Made by a program: the position numbers and the translations under genes. Below, in pieces: positions 25,260-37,681 of a stretch of 64,000 nt of DNA (positions are counted from its first letter, which is position 1; every line of letters begins with the position of its first letter). The notes below the pieces were generated by a model. That model made no database searches and had not been told where the DNA came from. It saw nothing but the letters and a program-made list of their open reading frames with translations. The stretch covers positions 54,808,001 to 54,872,000 of the forward strand of contig NC_043005.1 of assembly GCF_006345805.1 (NCBI RefSeq), given 5' to 3'. The stretch comes from Octopus sinensis (lineage: Eukaryota).

Positions 25260-27673
25260 GCTTAAGACTAGCAGAAGCATCAAACAGTTTCAATACTGAA
25301 GATGAATCACTTGTCAAGAACAAAAGTGAACACATCCCACACAGAGGAAGAAATAAAGATCTTGACGATTCTGTAACCACATTGAGAACTTCCCCTACCA
25401 TACTATACATAAACAGAAAGCTAACCCAAATTTTAACAAAACACAATGGAAAGAACTGATAGAACTCCAAAATGATGAAGATATAACCATTAAGGAAGCG
25501 GACAAGGGAAATGCAGTTGTAATAATGGATACATCATACTACAGAAATCTTGTAATTTCCTTGCTTGATGAAGACCTACATTATGAAAAAATTACCAACT
25601 ACACCCCACAAAAAATAATGAAAACTCTATCTTCACTAATTAAAACCCATGAAAAGGAACTGACAACCAAAGAGATTGATTTCCTAACAAACTTTAAATG
25701 CAAACCTAGCCTTTTCTATGGTCTGCCAAAAATTCATAAAAGTCAAATTATAAATGAAACCATTAAAAAATCACCAAAGACATACATACACACACCTAAT
25801 CCGGGGGACCTAAAACTACGACCCATTGTAGCTGGCCCAACCTGTGAAACACACAGACTAAGTCTACTTATGGACATCCTCTTGAAACCCTTCCTTAAAC
25901 ATATCGATAGCCATATCAGAGATGACTTAGATATGTTAAACCACCTTCCAAAAAAAACCAAGGAAGAAACAATCCTGGTTTCATTTGATGTAGTCAACTT
26001 GTATACCAGTATACCTCATAATTATGGACTGGAGGCAATACAATTCTGGTTAGACCAATTTCCGGAAGAAATACCAAAAGGATCAGTAAGGAATTCATTA
26101 CTAAATCAATTGAATTCATCCTACACAATAACCACTTCATGTTGACATACATTTTACCGTCAAAAATCCGGAATTGCTATGGGTACAAGGGCAGCACCAG
26201 TCATTGCGAACTTAACAATGGGATACATGGAAATAATCATTTACCAGGAATCTCTATCAATCTTTGGAAACTCCTCTCTCAATACATAAAGAGAATTGGA
26301 AACGATTCCTAGACGATTGTTTCATTCTCTGGAATGAAAACATAGATAAACTCCTAAATTTAAAAACCTATTGAACATAACCCAAATATACAGTTCACAA
26401 TGGAATACAACCAAAAGGAGCTCCCGTTCTTGGATATACTAATTAAAAAATTACCTTAAAATAGAAACAGACATTTTTACAAAGCCACAGACGCCAAACA
26501 ATACCTTCTTTTTTTCATGCCACCCAAGACACACTAAAACAAACATCCCCTTCAACCTTGCAAGAAGGATATGCACAATAGTGTCAGAACAAAATACCAG
26601 AACTTTAGACTGCAAGACTCAAAAACACCCTAATTGACAGACATTACCCAGCTCAACTCATAGAGGATGGGATCAGACGTGCAACAGAAATCAACATAGA
26701 AACTTTAAGAAAAGTTCAACACAACAACACACCTTCCCCGAAAATACTACCTTACATATCTACATACAACCCCAGAAACAAAGAAGCCTTCACCATCATC
26801 ACCCAGAATTTACCAATACTTCATAAAAAACCCAAAATTAAAGGAAATTCTAAACATACACCAAATCATTAAAAGCTACAAACAGCCTAAATCACTTAAA
26901 AAGATTCTCACAAAGGCAAAATTGTCTTCTAAAATTACGGATGCAAAAGTAAAAAATGTGGTAGATCGAACTGTGCAACATGTCCTAACCTTTGGAAGGA
27001 TCAGAATTCTTCTTTAAAAGAGGACAGAAATTAAGATCAAATCTAACTTTACTTGTGCCTCTGAAACATAATTTATGTTATTAAATGCTCGGGCTGCCAC
27101 CAAGACTACGTGGGTTCCACGGACTATCACTCAGGCGCAGATGCACACTGCATCGACAACAGATTGCATTCCCAGAATATAGAATGATACCTTTTAGTGA
27201 GCACATTGAGAAATGCGCAAAGCAACTAATGCCACAATTTTTAATCTTCCCATTTTACCAATGTGCTTTCGGATCATCAACACAAATGAGACTGAACAAG
27301 GAAACATTCTTCATTGAAAAGTACAAACCCAGACTCAACCATCCGAACATACTGACACAGAGAAATTAACAAGGAAATGGGAAAAAATTTTTTAAGCGAT
27401 TCTCCCTACACCGAAAAAATCACTCACTACCTCCCCTTATTTAGAAATCTCCTGGAAAAAAAACAACGATAATTCCATGCAATATAAACATAACGTCACA
27501 AGAAATTTGAAAAGCTACACGCGAAACGGGTAATTTCTTTAAAAATTTTAAAATTATGTCATTTAAGGAAAGGAAAAAATTTTTCCAATATTCTCCAGAC
27601 ATTTTGACACAAATATATTTATTTTAACATTTAAGCCTTCTGTCGTTTTTTCACACTTTACTATTTTCTTATA
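25260..27673 (+). mobile_element. Penelope-like element, right arm of palindrome
   Basis: LRLAE...EDESLVKNKS...IKEADKGNAVVIMD...LVSFDVVNLYTSIPH...RLNKETFFIEKYKPRLN (stop 27369); reverse complement of the left arm apart from small indels. Confidence 0.95.
27500..27539 (+). ncRNA. Minimal type I hammerhead ribozyme (U3-A8 variant), right-arm copy
   Basis: AAGAAAU UUGAAAA GC-uacac-GC GAA AC-gg-GU A AUUUCUU: perfect 7-bp stem I. Confidence 0.65.
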
Positions 27674-27732
27674 TATATATATATATATTATATATATGTA
27701 TATATATATGTATGTATTTGTATATATAGGTG

Positions 27733-27770
<38 letters not shown>

Positions 27771-27832
27771 GTATGTTGTATATATATCTCAGGATGCTTC
27801 CCTTTCATAGTTGAATATATATGTATATATAC

Positions 27833-28203
27833 AGGCACAGGTATGACAGTGTGGTAAGAAGCTTATTTCCCAACCACATGGTTCCGAGTTTAGTCCCACT
27901 ATGTCGTACCATGGGCAAGTGTCTTCTACTATAGCCTCAGACTGATCAAAGCCTCGTGAGTGGATTTTGTAGATGGAAACTGAAAGAAGCCCATCGTAAC
28001 CATATGTAAATAATTGGCAATTTTTTTCCTCCATCTTCCTTTTCTATTGGACTTTCTTTTGCCTCCTGTTTCCGAAGAAGAGGTTTGCTCGAAATGTAAA
28101 ACTACCTTTATTTCCTTTTCCTTGAATGTCTGCTAATACTTTATATCTACCATGTCCTTGCATTGTTGTTTATTTGTGTTTGCTCTTTGTTTTTTGCCAT
28201 TTA

Positions 28204-28282
<79 letters not shown>

Positions 28283-28515
28283 TGTGTGTGTATGTGTGTG
28301 TGTGTATGTATATGTTTGTGTGTCTGTATTTGCCTGCCCACCATTGCTTTACAACCAATGTTGGTGTGTTTATGTCCCCGTAACTTAGCAGTTTGCAAAA
28401 GAGACCAATAGAAAAAGTACTAGGCTTACAAAGAATAAGTCCTGAGACTGATTCGTTCAGTTAATAGCAGCGCTTCAGCATGGCTGTAGTCAAATGACTG
28501 AACAAGTAAAAGAAT
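27833..28515 (+). mobile_element. SINE family A split by a ~200 bp insertion at its central microsatellite
   Basis: 5' half 27833-27995; 3' half resumes after (TG)n at ~28310. Confidence 0.8.
28068..28102 (+). ncRNA. Degenerate hammerhead motif inside a Penelope pLTR-like insert (~28000-28205)
   Basis: GUUU CCGAAGA A GAG-guuug-CUC GAA AUGU A AAAC; C at core position 4. Confidence 0.5.
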
Positions 28516-28522
28516 ATCATAT

Positions 28523-28561
<39 letters not shown>

Positions 28562-29716
28562 CATATGTATATAGCTGAAGTATTAAAATTGATCAAAGGA
28601 CATATTAAGTATGTCTACCTGCTGGAAATAACAGTCAAAACTCTTATTTAAATAGCCAAAATAAACTATAAAAATCAACTATAAAAATCCACTGAAGGTA
28701 AATCAGGTTAAGAGAATCTCCCAATGTACATTTAAGTATTTGGACTCACGTGGACCGGTTTTCTGCACTGGCAAAACTAGCCTTAGCTTCCTTAGCATGC
28801 ATATATAAAGTAAAAAAAGAAAGAAAGAAAGAAAGAAAGAAATAAAGAAAGAAAGAAAGTAAAAAAAAAGAAAGAAAAAAAAGAAAGAAAGAAAACAAAT
28901 AAACAAACAGCCACATAAGTGTAAACATGAGGAAGGACAGAGTTTTCAAAATTGAAAGTAGAGTGTTGTAATTTATCGAAGCTTGAAATTCTATAAATCA
29001 TTGCTCATTGTTTCTTGTTGTCAATCATCAGACAATTATAAAAGCTAAAATGGATATTTGATATGTAATGAGCTAAAAGTAAAATGTTTGAACTTCACAT
29101 GGACTACACCCAGTTGGTTGACAAAGAATAATAAAGTTAACAATGAAACTGTTGTTTGAAATTACATGTTTGACACACAACACAGAGTGAATTAACGATA
29201 AGCAATATAGTAAGCATAGGAAGGAACACCTATGTGCAAATACATAAAGGCGACACTTTGTAATATTGGTTGATAGATAAAACGCAATATGCAGCCTGAA
29301 CCAATATTTCCAAGCATAAAAGTGCACACGCACACACATACATGTATGCATAGGTATGCATGGGGGAAAAAAAAAAGATTTATTGACAATTGTGTGTGTG
29401 GAAGCTAATACATGTGTAAGGAAATTAATTTGTAGTGATGAAATGTCTTTCATAGCAAAGATAACAAAAAAAAAACTTAGTGTATTATCCTTAGAATTAA
29501 CCACTTCACTCAACTGATTGGAGATACATAATTACAAAGCAGGTACTTCAAAGAATGGCTACAGCAGCCAAGCAATTCTGATCATATATACAATAATTTC
29601 ATTATTATTATTATTACAAAGCAGGTACTTCAAAGAATGGCTACAGCAGCCAAGCAATTCTGATCATATATACAATAATTTCATTATTATTATTATTATT
29701 ATTATTATTTATTTAA

Positions 29717-29925
29717 CCCTTTAACATTCAGATTACTCTGTCAAATGTAATTTTTTTTTATTCAAATTGTTTTCAATTGATCATGCACTATCTTATAGCT
29801 TTGAGGTTTCAATGATGTGATTGTTATTTTTAGAATGTTATTGTAGCTTAGGCGTGAGAGGTTAGAGATGGCTAGTTTGAATGCAAAACATGTAGAATAT
29901 TTGAGTTGGATTTGTCTGGTTTAAA
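29717..29925 (+). mobile_element. piggyBac-type MITE (TTAA|CCCTTT); related copies 30360-30556 and 50825-50965 (minus)
   Basis: TTAA followed by CCC terminus; body matches 61263-61482. Confidence 0.65.
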
Positions 29926-29945
29926 TCTTTAGCATCCAAATTACT

Positions 29946-30352
29946 CTAGGAGTGGCTGTGTGGAAAGTAGCTTGCTTATGAACCACATGGTTCTGGGTTC
30001 AGTCCCACTGTGTGGCACCTTGGGCAAGTGTCTTCTACTATAGCCTCGGGCCGACCAAAGCCATGCGAGTGGATTTGGTAGGCAGAAACTGAAGGAAGCC
30101 CATCGTATATATGTATATATATATATGTATGTGTGTCTATATGTTTGTGTGTCTGTGTTTGTCCCCCCAACATCACTTGACAACCAATGCTGGTGTGTTT
30201 ACATCCCTGTAACTTAGCAGTTCGGCAAAAGGTACCAATAGAACAAGTATTAGGCTTCCAAAGAATAAGTCCTGGGATCGCTTTGCTCGACTAAAGGTGG
30301 TGCTGCAGCATGGCCACAGTCAAATGGCTGAAACAAGTAAAAGAGTAAAAGG
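29946..30352 (+). mobile_element. SINE family A, full length
   Basis: A-box, B-box and GTAAAAGAG tail. Confidence 0.9.
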
Positions 30353-31539
30353 GTATCCTATATAATGCTTATTTAATCACATTGTTTTGAATATATCAAA
30401 CATCATCATGTAGCTTTGAGATTTCATTGTTGTTATTGTTTACTTTTAGAATGACATTGTAGGGTAAGTGTAAGAGGCTGAATCTGGCCAATTTGAACAT
30501 AAAACAGGTTGAATATTTGTGCCAGATATGGCCGGTTTAAAAGCTAGAGTTAAACTGTGGTCATATTCAAATAACACAGGAATCTATGGTCAAAGACAAA
30601 CTGCTAAAAGCAGACGTCATGCACTTTGTGTAACTGCCATCTGACAAAGAAACATTTCAAACAACATTTTGTACTGGTAAATAATATTTTATAAAAATTG
30701 TTTTCATAAAATATAATTATAAAGATATTTTTAAAAAAGGCAAGTTTCAGAATAAGTACTTCCACCATAGTTTTATTTCAATTAATTTTGTTTATTTATT
30801 CATTTATTTATTTCAATTCTTTTACGGATTTCTATGTTTTTGAAAACAACTTTAATTACTTTAAACAAATAATGGTGTTAAAGGAAAAGAAATGTGTTTC
30901 AAAAATTCACAAATAGTCGAAAAGAGTAGCTTTAAACAAAATTAAACCAAGAGAAATATATTCCTATATTATGATTTTTTTTTTACCCCATCAGACACAA
31001 TACTTTTCTCAAAAGGCCCACACTTGGCCTTTCAGAAGGCCACATGCAGTCTTAAAGCTGTTGGTTTTCCAATTTTGTTTGAAAGGAATTATATTCATGG
31101 CTCAAGAAGGATTGTGCACAGAGCATTTAAGTTAGAAATCTAGGAGAAATTATATAGTGAACTGAGAATTGAGTGCATTAAGTCAATTTAGATCAGCATA
31201 GGTGATTGATGTATTAAGAAGTAAATTTAAATATCTGATGTATGTATAAAGTAAACCTGTTCAGAGAAACATAAACCATTACAATACATTTTTATTAGGC
31301 ACTTATTTTTATTTCTATTTTTTTTTTCCACAATAAATATCTAAAAATATTTTCTCTCATTAGAGTTTATGCTTTATGCTTTTAGTGTTATATTGAAGCA
31401 GCTTGGCAATGAGAGGAAGAAAGAAATCTAAACTATTTATGCTATAACTGGATCACATAGGTGTTTTCGTAAATACTTTTGAAAGAAAAGCCATTATTAA
31501 CGTTTACATGTAGGCATGTCATTGAGTTTGTAAGTGCAT

Positions 31540-31707
31540 ATGTGTAAGGGAGTGTGTGTGAGTGTACGTGTGTGTAACTATATGAGAGTGTGAATGTGTA
31601 TGTGATTGTATGTGTATGTATGTGGGTGTATGGGTGTGCATTAGTGTAATTGAATTGAAAGTGCTTGTGTAAGTATATATATATATATGTATGTATATTA
31701 TATATAT

Positions 31708-31761
<54 letters not shown>

Positions 31762-32080
31762 GCACACACACAGATCTGTATATATACATATATACATATA
31801 TATATATAATATATATATATATTATATATATATACACATATATATACATATATGTACACACACACATATACATGCATTTGTATGTGTTTGTGTATGAGCA
31901 ACCCACACTTTCACACTTATATATATATACATACTTATATATGTGTATATATATATATGTATATGTGTGTATATAATATGTGTGTATGTGTGTATATGTT
32001 TATATATGTATATACATATATATATATATATATATATGTATGTATACACACACTTATGCACTCACACACACATGCACATA

Positions 32081-32122
<42 letters not shown>

Positions 32123-32125
32123 CAC
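31540..32125. repeat. Long compound (TA)n/(TG)n/(CA)n microsatellite
   Basis: Directly visible. Confidence 0.9.
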
Positions 32126-33277
32126 GCACAAATATGCAAGCACGTATAGTTAGGAGTTAATGCAAGTTACAAATGCCTATTACATCTTATAAATTAAAGT
32201 ATAAATAGCTAAATCTCAGTATTTACAGGATTATTTGTATCTATTCTTGTAATGCCCTCATTCTGGAACTAGCTAATCTACTATAAATTCTCTGTTTATT
32301 TACTGCACAAGAGTCCTTGCTACACATGCACTGAGTACAAAATATCAGACTAAGCACTCTTCAAAATAAGATTTCTCTGTTTCCTTCTCTAATAGACTTT
32401 TGAGTTCAACTCCAGTACATTCGTTGTATTGATTTTTAGGATGTACTTTAATAATAGATCAAATATGTTCCTATCTCATACTTAGTAATATCATCTAATA
32501 GGATAAATTATCAAATAGTATTGCAAATGTATTTCTATTAATCTTACATTTTGGATGTTGAATCCATGAAACTTAAATCTTGTCATGTAATGTTAAGAGA
32601 TGTGTGAAGAAGCTCAAATTGAATGGAACATCAGTGAATTTGGCTAAGGCTAAGGTGCTAAATAATAACCATGGTTTCCTGGCAGTTTTATAGTAACAAG
32701 AACTAGTCTTGTTCTATGTGTTAGAAAAGCACAGGAAGAAATTAAAACAAATGTTATTCCAAGCTAACACCTAAATATATAGTGTAGTTGTTAGCACTAA
32801 TAATAATAGTAACAACAATCATAACAATAAAAACTTTGTTTCGATCTCGGAGGACAACCCAACAGAATTAATTTTGTCTAGTAATTCTAAGATTAAGAAT
32901 TCTATTTACCAGTGTAGAATTCCTTCCCTCTCTACTTGTTCCTACACATATTACTTTATCCCTTCTCTCCTACTATCTATTTTTGACGTCATTCTTCTAA
33001 CGGGTTTTTTAAAAAAAAAACACTCATTATCGCTTTGTTATCATGTAGGCAATCATCGAAATTTTTGTTTTCTTGTTGTCGAGAGAGGCTCCCTTTTTTC
33101 CTGGTGAGAAGATTGCATACAACACACAAATTTTACACATTTGAACCCGGAGTTTCGGCCCTTGACAGGTTCGCTTCAACCGTGTTCTGACTGTGAATTT
33201 GACTACCAGGTTCGTTAAACGAATTTTCCATGCTGACGATAAACATAGGATTATTCATTCACCTACTTATATATATA

Positions 33278-33315
<38 letters not shown>

Positions 33316-33328
33316 GTATATATGATTG

Positions 33329-33629
33329 GTATTTCAGGATGGTCTTTTCTTCTTGCCAATTAAACACATGCACTATATATTCGTTTTTCCCTCATTTATT
33401 AGTGTACATATTTTATCTTGTCTGGAAATCTTTTGTCACACATCTGTGACCTCTTCAGTGACTCTTTCATCCATGTGCTTTCTCTGGAAGAGTTGCTGAA
33501 GAGGTTACAGATGTGTGACGAAAGATTTCCAGACAATAGGCCCAAGATAAAATAAACACACTAATAAATGAGTGAATAAACACGTGCATGTGTTTATTTG
33601 GCAATAAAAAACTGACCAGCCAGAAATAT
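33329..33629. mobile_element. Fold-back MITE with ~140-bp imperfect arms
   Basis: TATTTCAGGATGGTC ... GACCAGCCAGAAATA; inner arms gtcacacatctgtgacctcttcag / ctgaagaggttacagatgtgtgac. Confidence 0.75.
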
Positions 33630-33689
33630 AACAACATCTGTTTCAACACACGATTTCACATCAGAAATCTTGCAAAACAAATTCATAAA

Positions 33690-34130
33690 TGCATACATAT
33701 GTATAGACGATATGAAAGTCTCGCAGAAAATAGAGAACCCCAGCAATGTTGCACACCTGCAGCAGGAGTTGGACTCAATTTACAGATGGGCTGAGGATAA
33801 TAATATGCAGTTTAATGCTGAAAAATTCCAAACCCTGCGCTACCAGCATCCAAAACTGAATATAAAACTTACAGAGTACACTGGTCCATGGGATTACAAT
33901 CCTAGAGCCTAAGTCAGTGAGGAACCTGGGTATCGACGTGAGTGATGATACCTCTGTCCAAGTGCACATTACCAGGATGGCAACAAAGTGCAGGCTGGAT
34001 GGATCCTGAGAATGCTCAGAACCAGATTACTCAGCCACCTGGATTACTGCTCCCAGCTATGGCCACCCAACAGTGTAAAATTAACAATGGACCTTGAAGC
34101 AACCAGTGAAGCTTCGCAAAGATCATCTCA
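33690..34130 (+). mobile_element. CR1-type LINE RT C-terminal remnant
   Basis: (YA)DDMKV...LQQELDSIYRWAEDNNMQFNAEKFQTLRY...LDYCSQLW.P. Confidence 0.85.
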
Positions 34131-34469
34131 TTGCAACAGCTTGTTTTTCGTAAAAAGTATTACTGGGGTAGTTCCCACATCTTACCGCATAAGGAATTTT
34201 TTTTATGCTATTGAGTAAAACTGCCTTCTGCCTTCTGCAATTAAATGTACTAAAATTTTGAGCAGATATATCTGCTTTTCATGTTCAAAGGGTTGCGATA
34301 ACATTTCAGAATTTACATTATAATTATTTTTATTGATATTTTTGTTTGATCAGCACACTGATTTTCAACATTTTCCACAATGTTTCATGCAAATTACAAA
34401 CCACCTCGAATCAGATACAAAAACAACAGGAAAAAATAAACACTCAATAGTTGTTGTTGTTGTTGCTGT

Positions 34470-34734
34470 CCCAGCTCTCAATATTATTGAACATTTATGG
34501 TGCATTTTAGAAAAACAAGTAAGGAGTTGATATCCTCCACCATCATCCCTACAAGAACTGGAGACTGTTTTAGCTGAAGATTTGACAAAAATTCCTTTGG
34601 AAACAATTCAAACTTTGTATGAGTCCATACCTCATAGAATTCAAACTGTAATTACTGCCAAAGTCGGTCCTACTCCATATTGAAATAATTTGTTTGAAAT
34701 TTTAAGGTATTTCCATTATTTTGTTCAACTCCTG
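34470..34734 (+). mobile_element. Tc1-family transposase 3' fragment with right TIR
   Basis: LNIIEHLWCILEKQVRS*...YESIPHRIQTVITAKVGPTPY*; ends TTTTGTTCAACTCCTG|TA. Confidence 0.8.
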
Positions 34735-34804
34735 TATACATAAATTTGTGTGAATCTGTGTTGCAAGATTCTTGATGTGAAACCATGTATTAAAACAGCT
34801 ATTG

Positions 34805-35224
34805 TATTTCAGGATGGTAATTTTTTTTTTTTTTGCCAAATAAACACACACACTATGTATTCGTTCATCACTCATTTATTACTGTTCATATTTTAACTCA
34901 TGTCCATTGTCCAGAAACCGTTCATCACACATCTGTGACCTCTTCAGCAACACTTTCTGTCTTTCTGCTCCACTTAGGAGTGTTCATCCGTTCTTCTATG
35001 ATGTGCATATAAAGATACACATCATAGAAGAACAGAATGGACTAAGCAGAGCAGGAGCACACATGAGGATGGAAAGTATCACTGAAGAGGTCATAAATGT
35101 GTGATGAAGGATTTCCAGACAATGGATATGAGTAAAATAAGGACAGTAATAAATGATGTGAAGACGAATATATAGTGTGTGTATTTATCTGGCAAAGAAA
35201 ATTAATATGGCCATTGGAATGCAA
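34805..35224. mobile_element. Fold-back MITE, same family as 33329-33629; right arm repeated at 35428-35644
   Basis: Shared TATTTCAGGATGG terminus and arms. Confidence 0.7.
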
Positions 35225-35276
35225 AATGCAGTATTATTACATATACATATATATATAAACTACATACATCATATAT

Positions 35277-35425
35277 ATATACTGCGTACCCGGCGTTGGT
35301 CAGGTTTGTAAGGGAATAAATATAAAGCATTTTAGAGTTTATAGCCAAAAAAATAGCAACAAAAATGAAAAAAAATGATGGTAAATTTTTTTTTGAGAGT
35401 AAAAAAGTTTGAGTTGGGTCCCCAC
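35277..35425 (+). mobile_element. Helitron-like 5' fragment
   Basis: TACTGCGTACCCGGCGTTGGTCAGG resembles the CCCGGCGTTGC.CGGG 5' motif of non-autonomous Helitrons. Confidence 0.5.
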
Positions 35426-35758
35426 CACACATCATAGAGAACAGAATGGACTAAGCAGAGCAGGAGCAACACATGAGGATGGAAAGTATCACTGAAGAGT
35501 TCATAATGTGTGATGAAGGATTTCCAGACAATGGATATGAGTTAAAATAAGGACAGTAATAAATGAGTGAAGAACGAATATATAGTGTGTGTATTTATCT
35601 GGCAAAAGAAAATTAATATGGCCATTTTGAAATGCAACAATGCATATATATATACATATACATATATATATATACATACATACATATATATATATACATA
35701 TATATGTATATGTATATATATACATATATATGTATATATATGTATATATATACATATA

Positions 35759-35804
<46 letters not shown>

Positions 35805-35849
35805 ACACACACACACACACATATATATATATTAGTATAGATATATATA

Positions 35850-36700
35850 TATGAGCCAGATTTTACAGTATGTCAACATTGCATCAATCATCAAAGTGCC
35901 ACTCTTCCATGGCACCAAAGACTGATCAATATCTCTTGGTGCTCAGTCATTGAGATGGGTCTATATCTTTAGATGAGTCAATCAGAGGACCTTTGAAGTT
36001 TGTACAGAGATGTTCAAGTGACTGTACCAAGTTGTTAAATTTGGCATCAGGAGAATGGTGGCGTTCAGAGCATACAATGTATTTGTCACAAGTTTTTGTT
36101 CGTATCTAAAGGAAACAGCAAGTCCAAAAATTTGATATAAATACCATAATCAAGTCATTCCAGGAGACGACAAAGTTTATGTAAATCTGTGATTCCGGGA
36201 GATTATGGTAGAGGAGCATCTAGTAAGAACATTAGGTTTTCTCTGAGCAGCTTCCATGAAACAAGTTTGGGTGGTTGCTTCTTCCAAATTAAATAGTTCT
36301 CAAGGTACGTTTTGTTGAATATGATCAGAGATTTCAGAGATAAATAAATCTCCAATGCTCTCTTCTCAATATGCATCAAGAATTACATTCTTAGCCTGAT
36401 TGCATTTGATGAAGTAAGTTGTATACAACTGCTACATGCAATTCAATATATTTACCTGGTTATCATTTTGTAACTGCAAATGGAATCTGCAATGAACTGT
36501 ATTATGCAGTTTTACAAAGAAGCTGTCTACAATAAGACTGAAAATTGAAGAGAGATGAAGTTAGTAAACAAAGTGAGTCTTCATTGTTCAGTTAAATCAT
36601 GGAATCCAACAAGTAAATTTAGGAATGTAGTTTCCTACATTCTTTGTGCTTGTACCCAATGAAGTGTCATCAAAGTGATGTGACCTAAAATTGTTTCTAT
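35850..36700 (-). mobile_element. Possible degenerate LTR-retrotransposon gag-like remnant
   Basis: Minus translation fragment LFISEISDHIQQNV..LFNLEEATTQTCFMEAAQR resembles the gag L.LEEA...A.ME.AQR motif; multiple stops. Confidence 0.3.
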
Positions 36701-37122
36701 TATTGTTGTTGTATTTCATTGTGTAAGGAAATTTTCCAGTGTATTTCTTGGTTGAATTTACGAAAATATCCGTCAATTGTAAATAATGTAAATAATGTAA
36801 ATAATTTTCTTGTTTGGCTCATGTATATTGTGGCAGAAACAATTGCCAAGACTCAAATTATAAAAAGATGAGGCAAACAATCAACTTCATTCTTCAAAGC
36901 ATTAAATGTAAGCATATCTGCATTTACTGCAATTAGCTAATCACCAGCCTTTAATTACAATGCCACACAAGGCACTTACTGGAACATAACAATAATGTTT
37001 TCTACTGTAACATTTTAAAATTATCAATGATAATTAGGAAGTTTGACAATGTATATATATCGTTAATGTTGCACAGAAGAGATTTGAACAAAATATATCT
37101 AAGTGAAGTCATGTTTAATATA

Positions 37123-37681
37123 TTGGGTTGTCCGGAAAGTTCATGCCGATTTATAGTAGCTTACCATTCGACTTATTTTAGAACATGGTTGAGTCCATAA
37201 AATAGGATTTGACTACACCTCCATTTAGAGCACAGTTTAAGCTATCTTTTCATGGAAGAAGGTTTGTTCCTATAACCTGTGTTAATTCTGTAATCCTTTA
37301 AAATGGAAAATAAGTTCATTTTTGACACTTGATGATTTGGGAACCAGACAAAAATCGCTGCAGCTCAGCTGGGATGTGTTACCTCACCCTCCATATTCAC
37401 AAGATATTGCTCCTTCGGATTTCCACTTATTCAGGTCTCTGCAGAATAGTCTTAATGGTTTAAATTTCAATTCCTTGGATGACATAAAAAGATACCTTGA
37501 TGAATTCTTTGCCATGAAACCCCCTCAATTCTGGAAGAGGATATTTTCAAGTTAAATGAAAGATGGAGATGCATTGTGCAACAAAATGGTTCATATTTGG
37601 TTGATTAAAAATGTAATGGCAAGTATTTATTGACCTTTTTCTTTCCTTTAAAAATTGGCACGAACTTTCCGGACAACACAA
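37123..37681 (+). mobile_element. mariner internal-deletion derivative with both TIRs and TA TSD
   Basis: TA|TTGGGTTGTCCGGAAAGTTCATGCCGATT ... AATTGGCACGAACTTTCCGGACAACACAA|TA; encodes WDVLPHPPYSQDIAPSDFHLFRSLQN (YSPDLAPSD motif). Confidence 0.93.

Noticed and set aside
25254-25285. Palindrome centre as a PacBio hairpin-adapter artefact
   Set aside because: No adapter sequence; the loop is in-frame element sequence and the outer flanks are not mirrored. A chimeric read is still not excluded.
28750-28790. Minus-strand 41-nt exon candidate with a GTGAGT donor
   Set aside because: The pyrimidine tract is a (CTTT)n microsatellite, there are several competing AGs, and the peptide is unrecognised.
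33150-33190. CGAAAC on the minus strand in a CpG-retaining, TA-flanked segment (32830-33270)
   Set aside because: No valid CUGANGA-type core or stem I; the segment is left unclassified.
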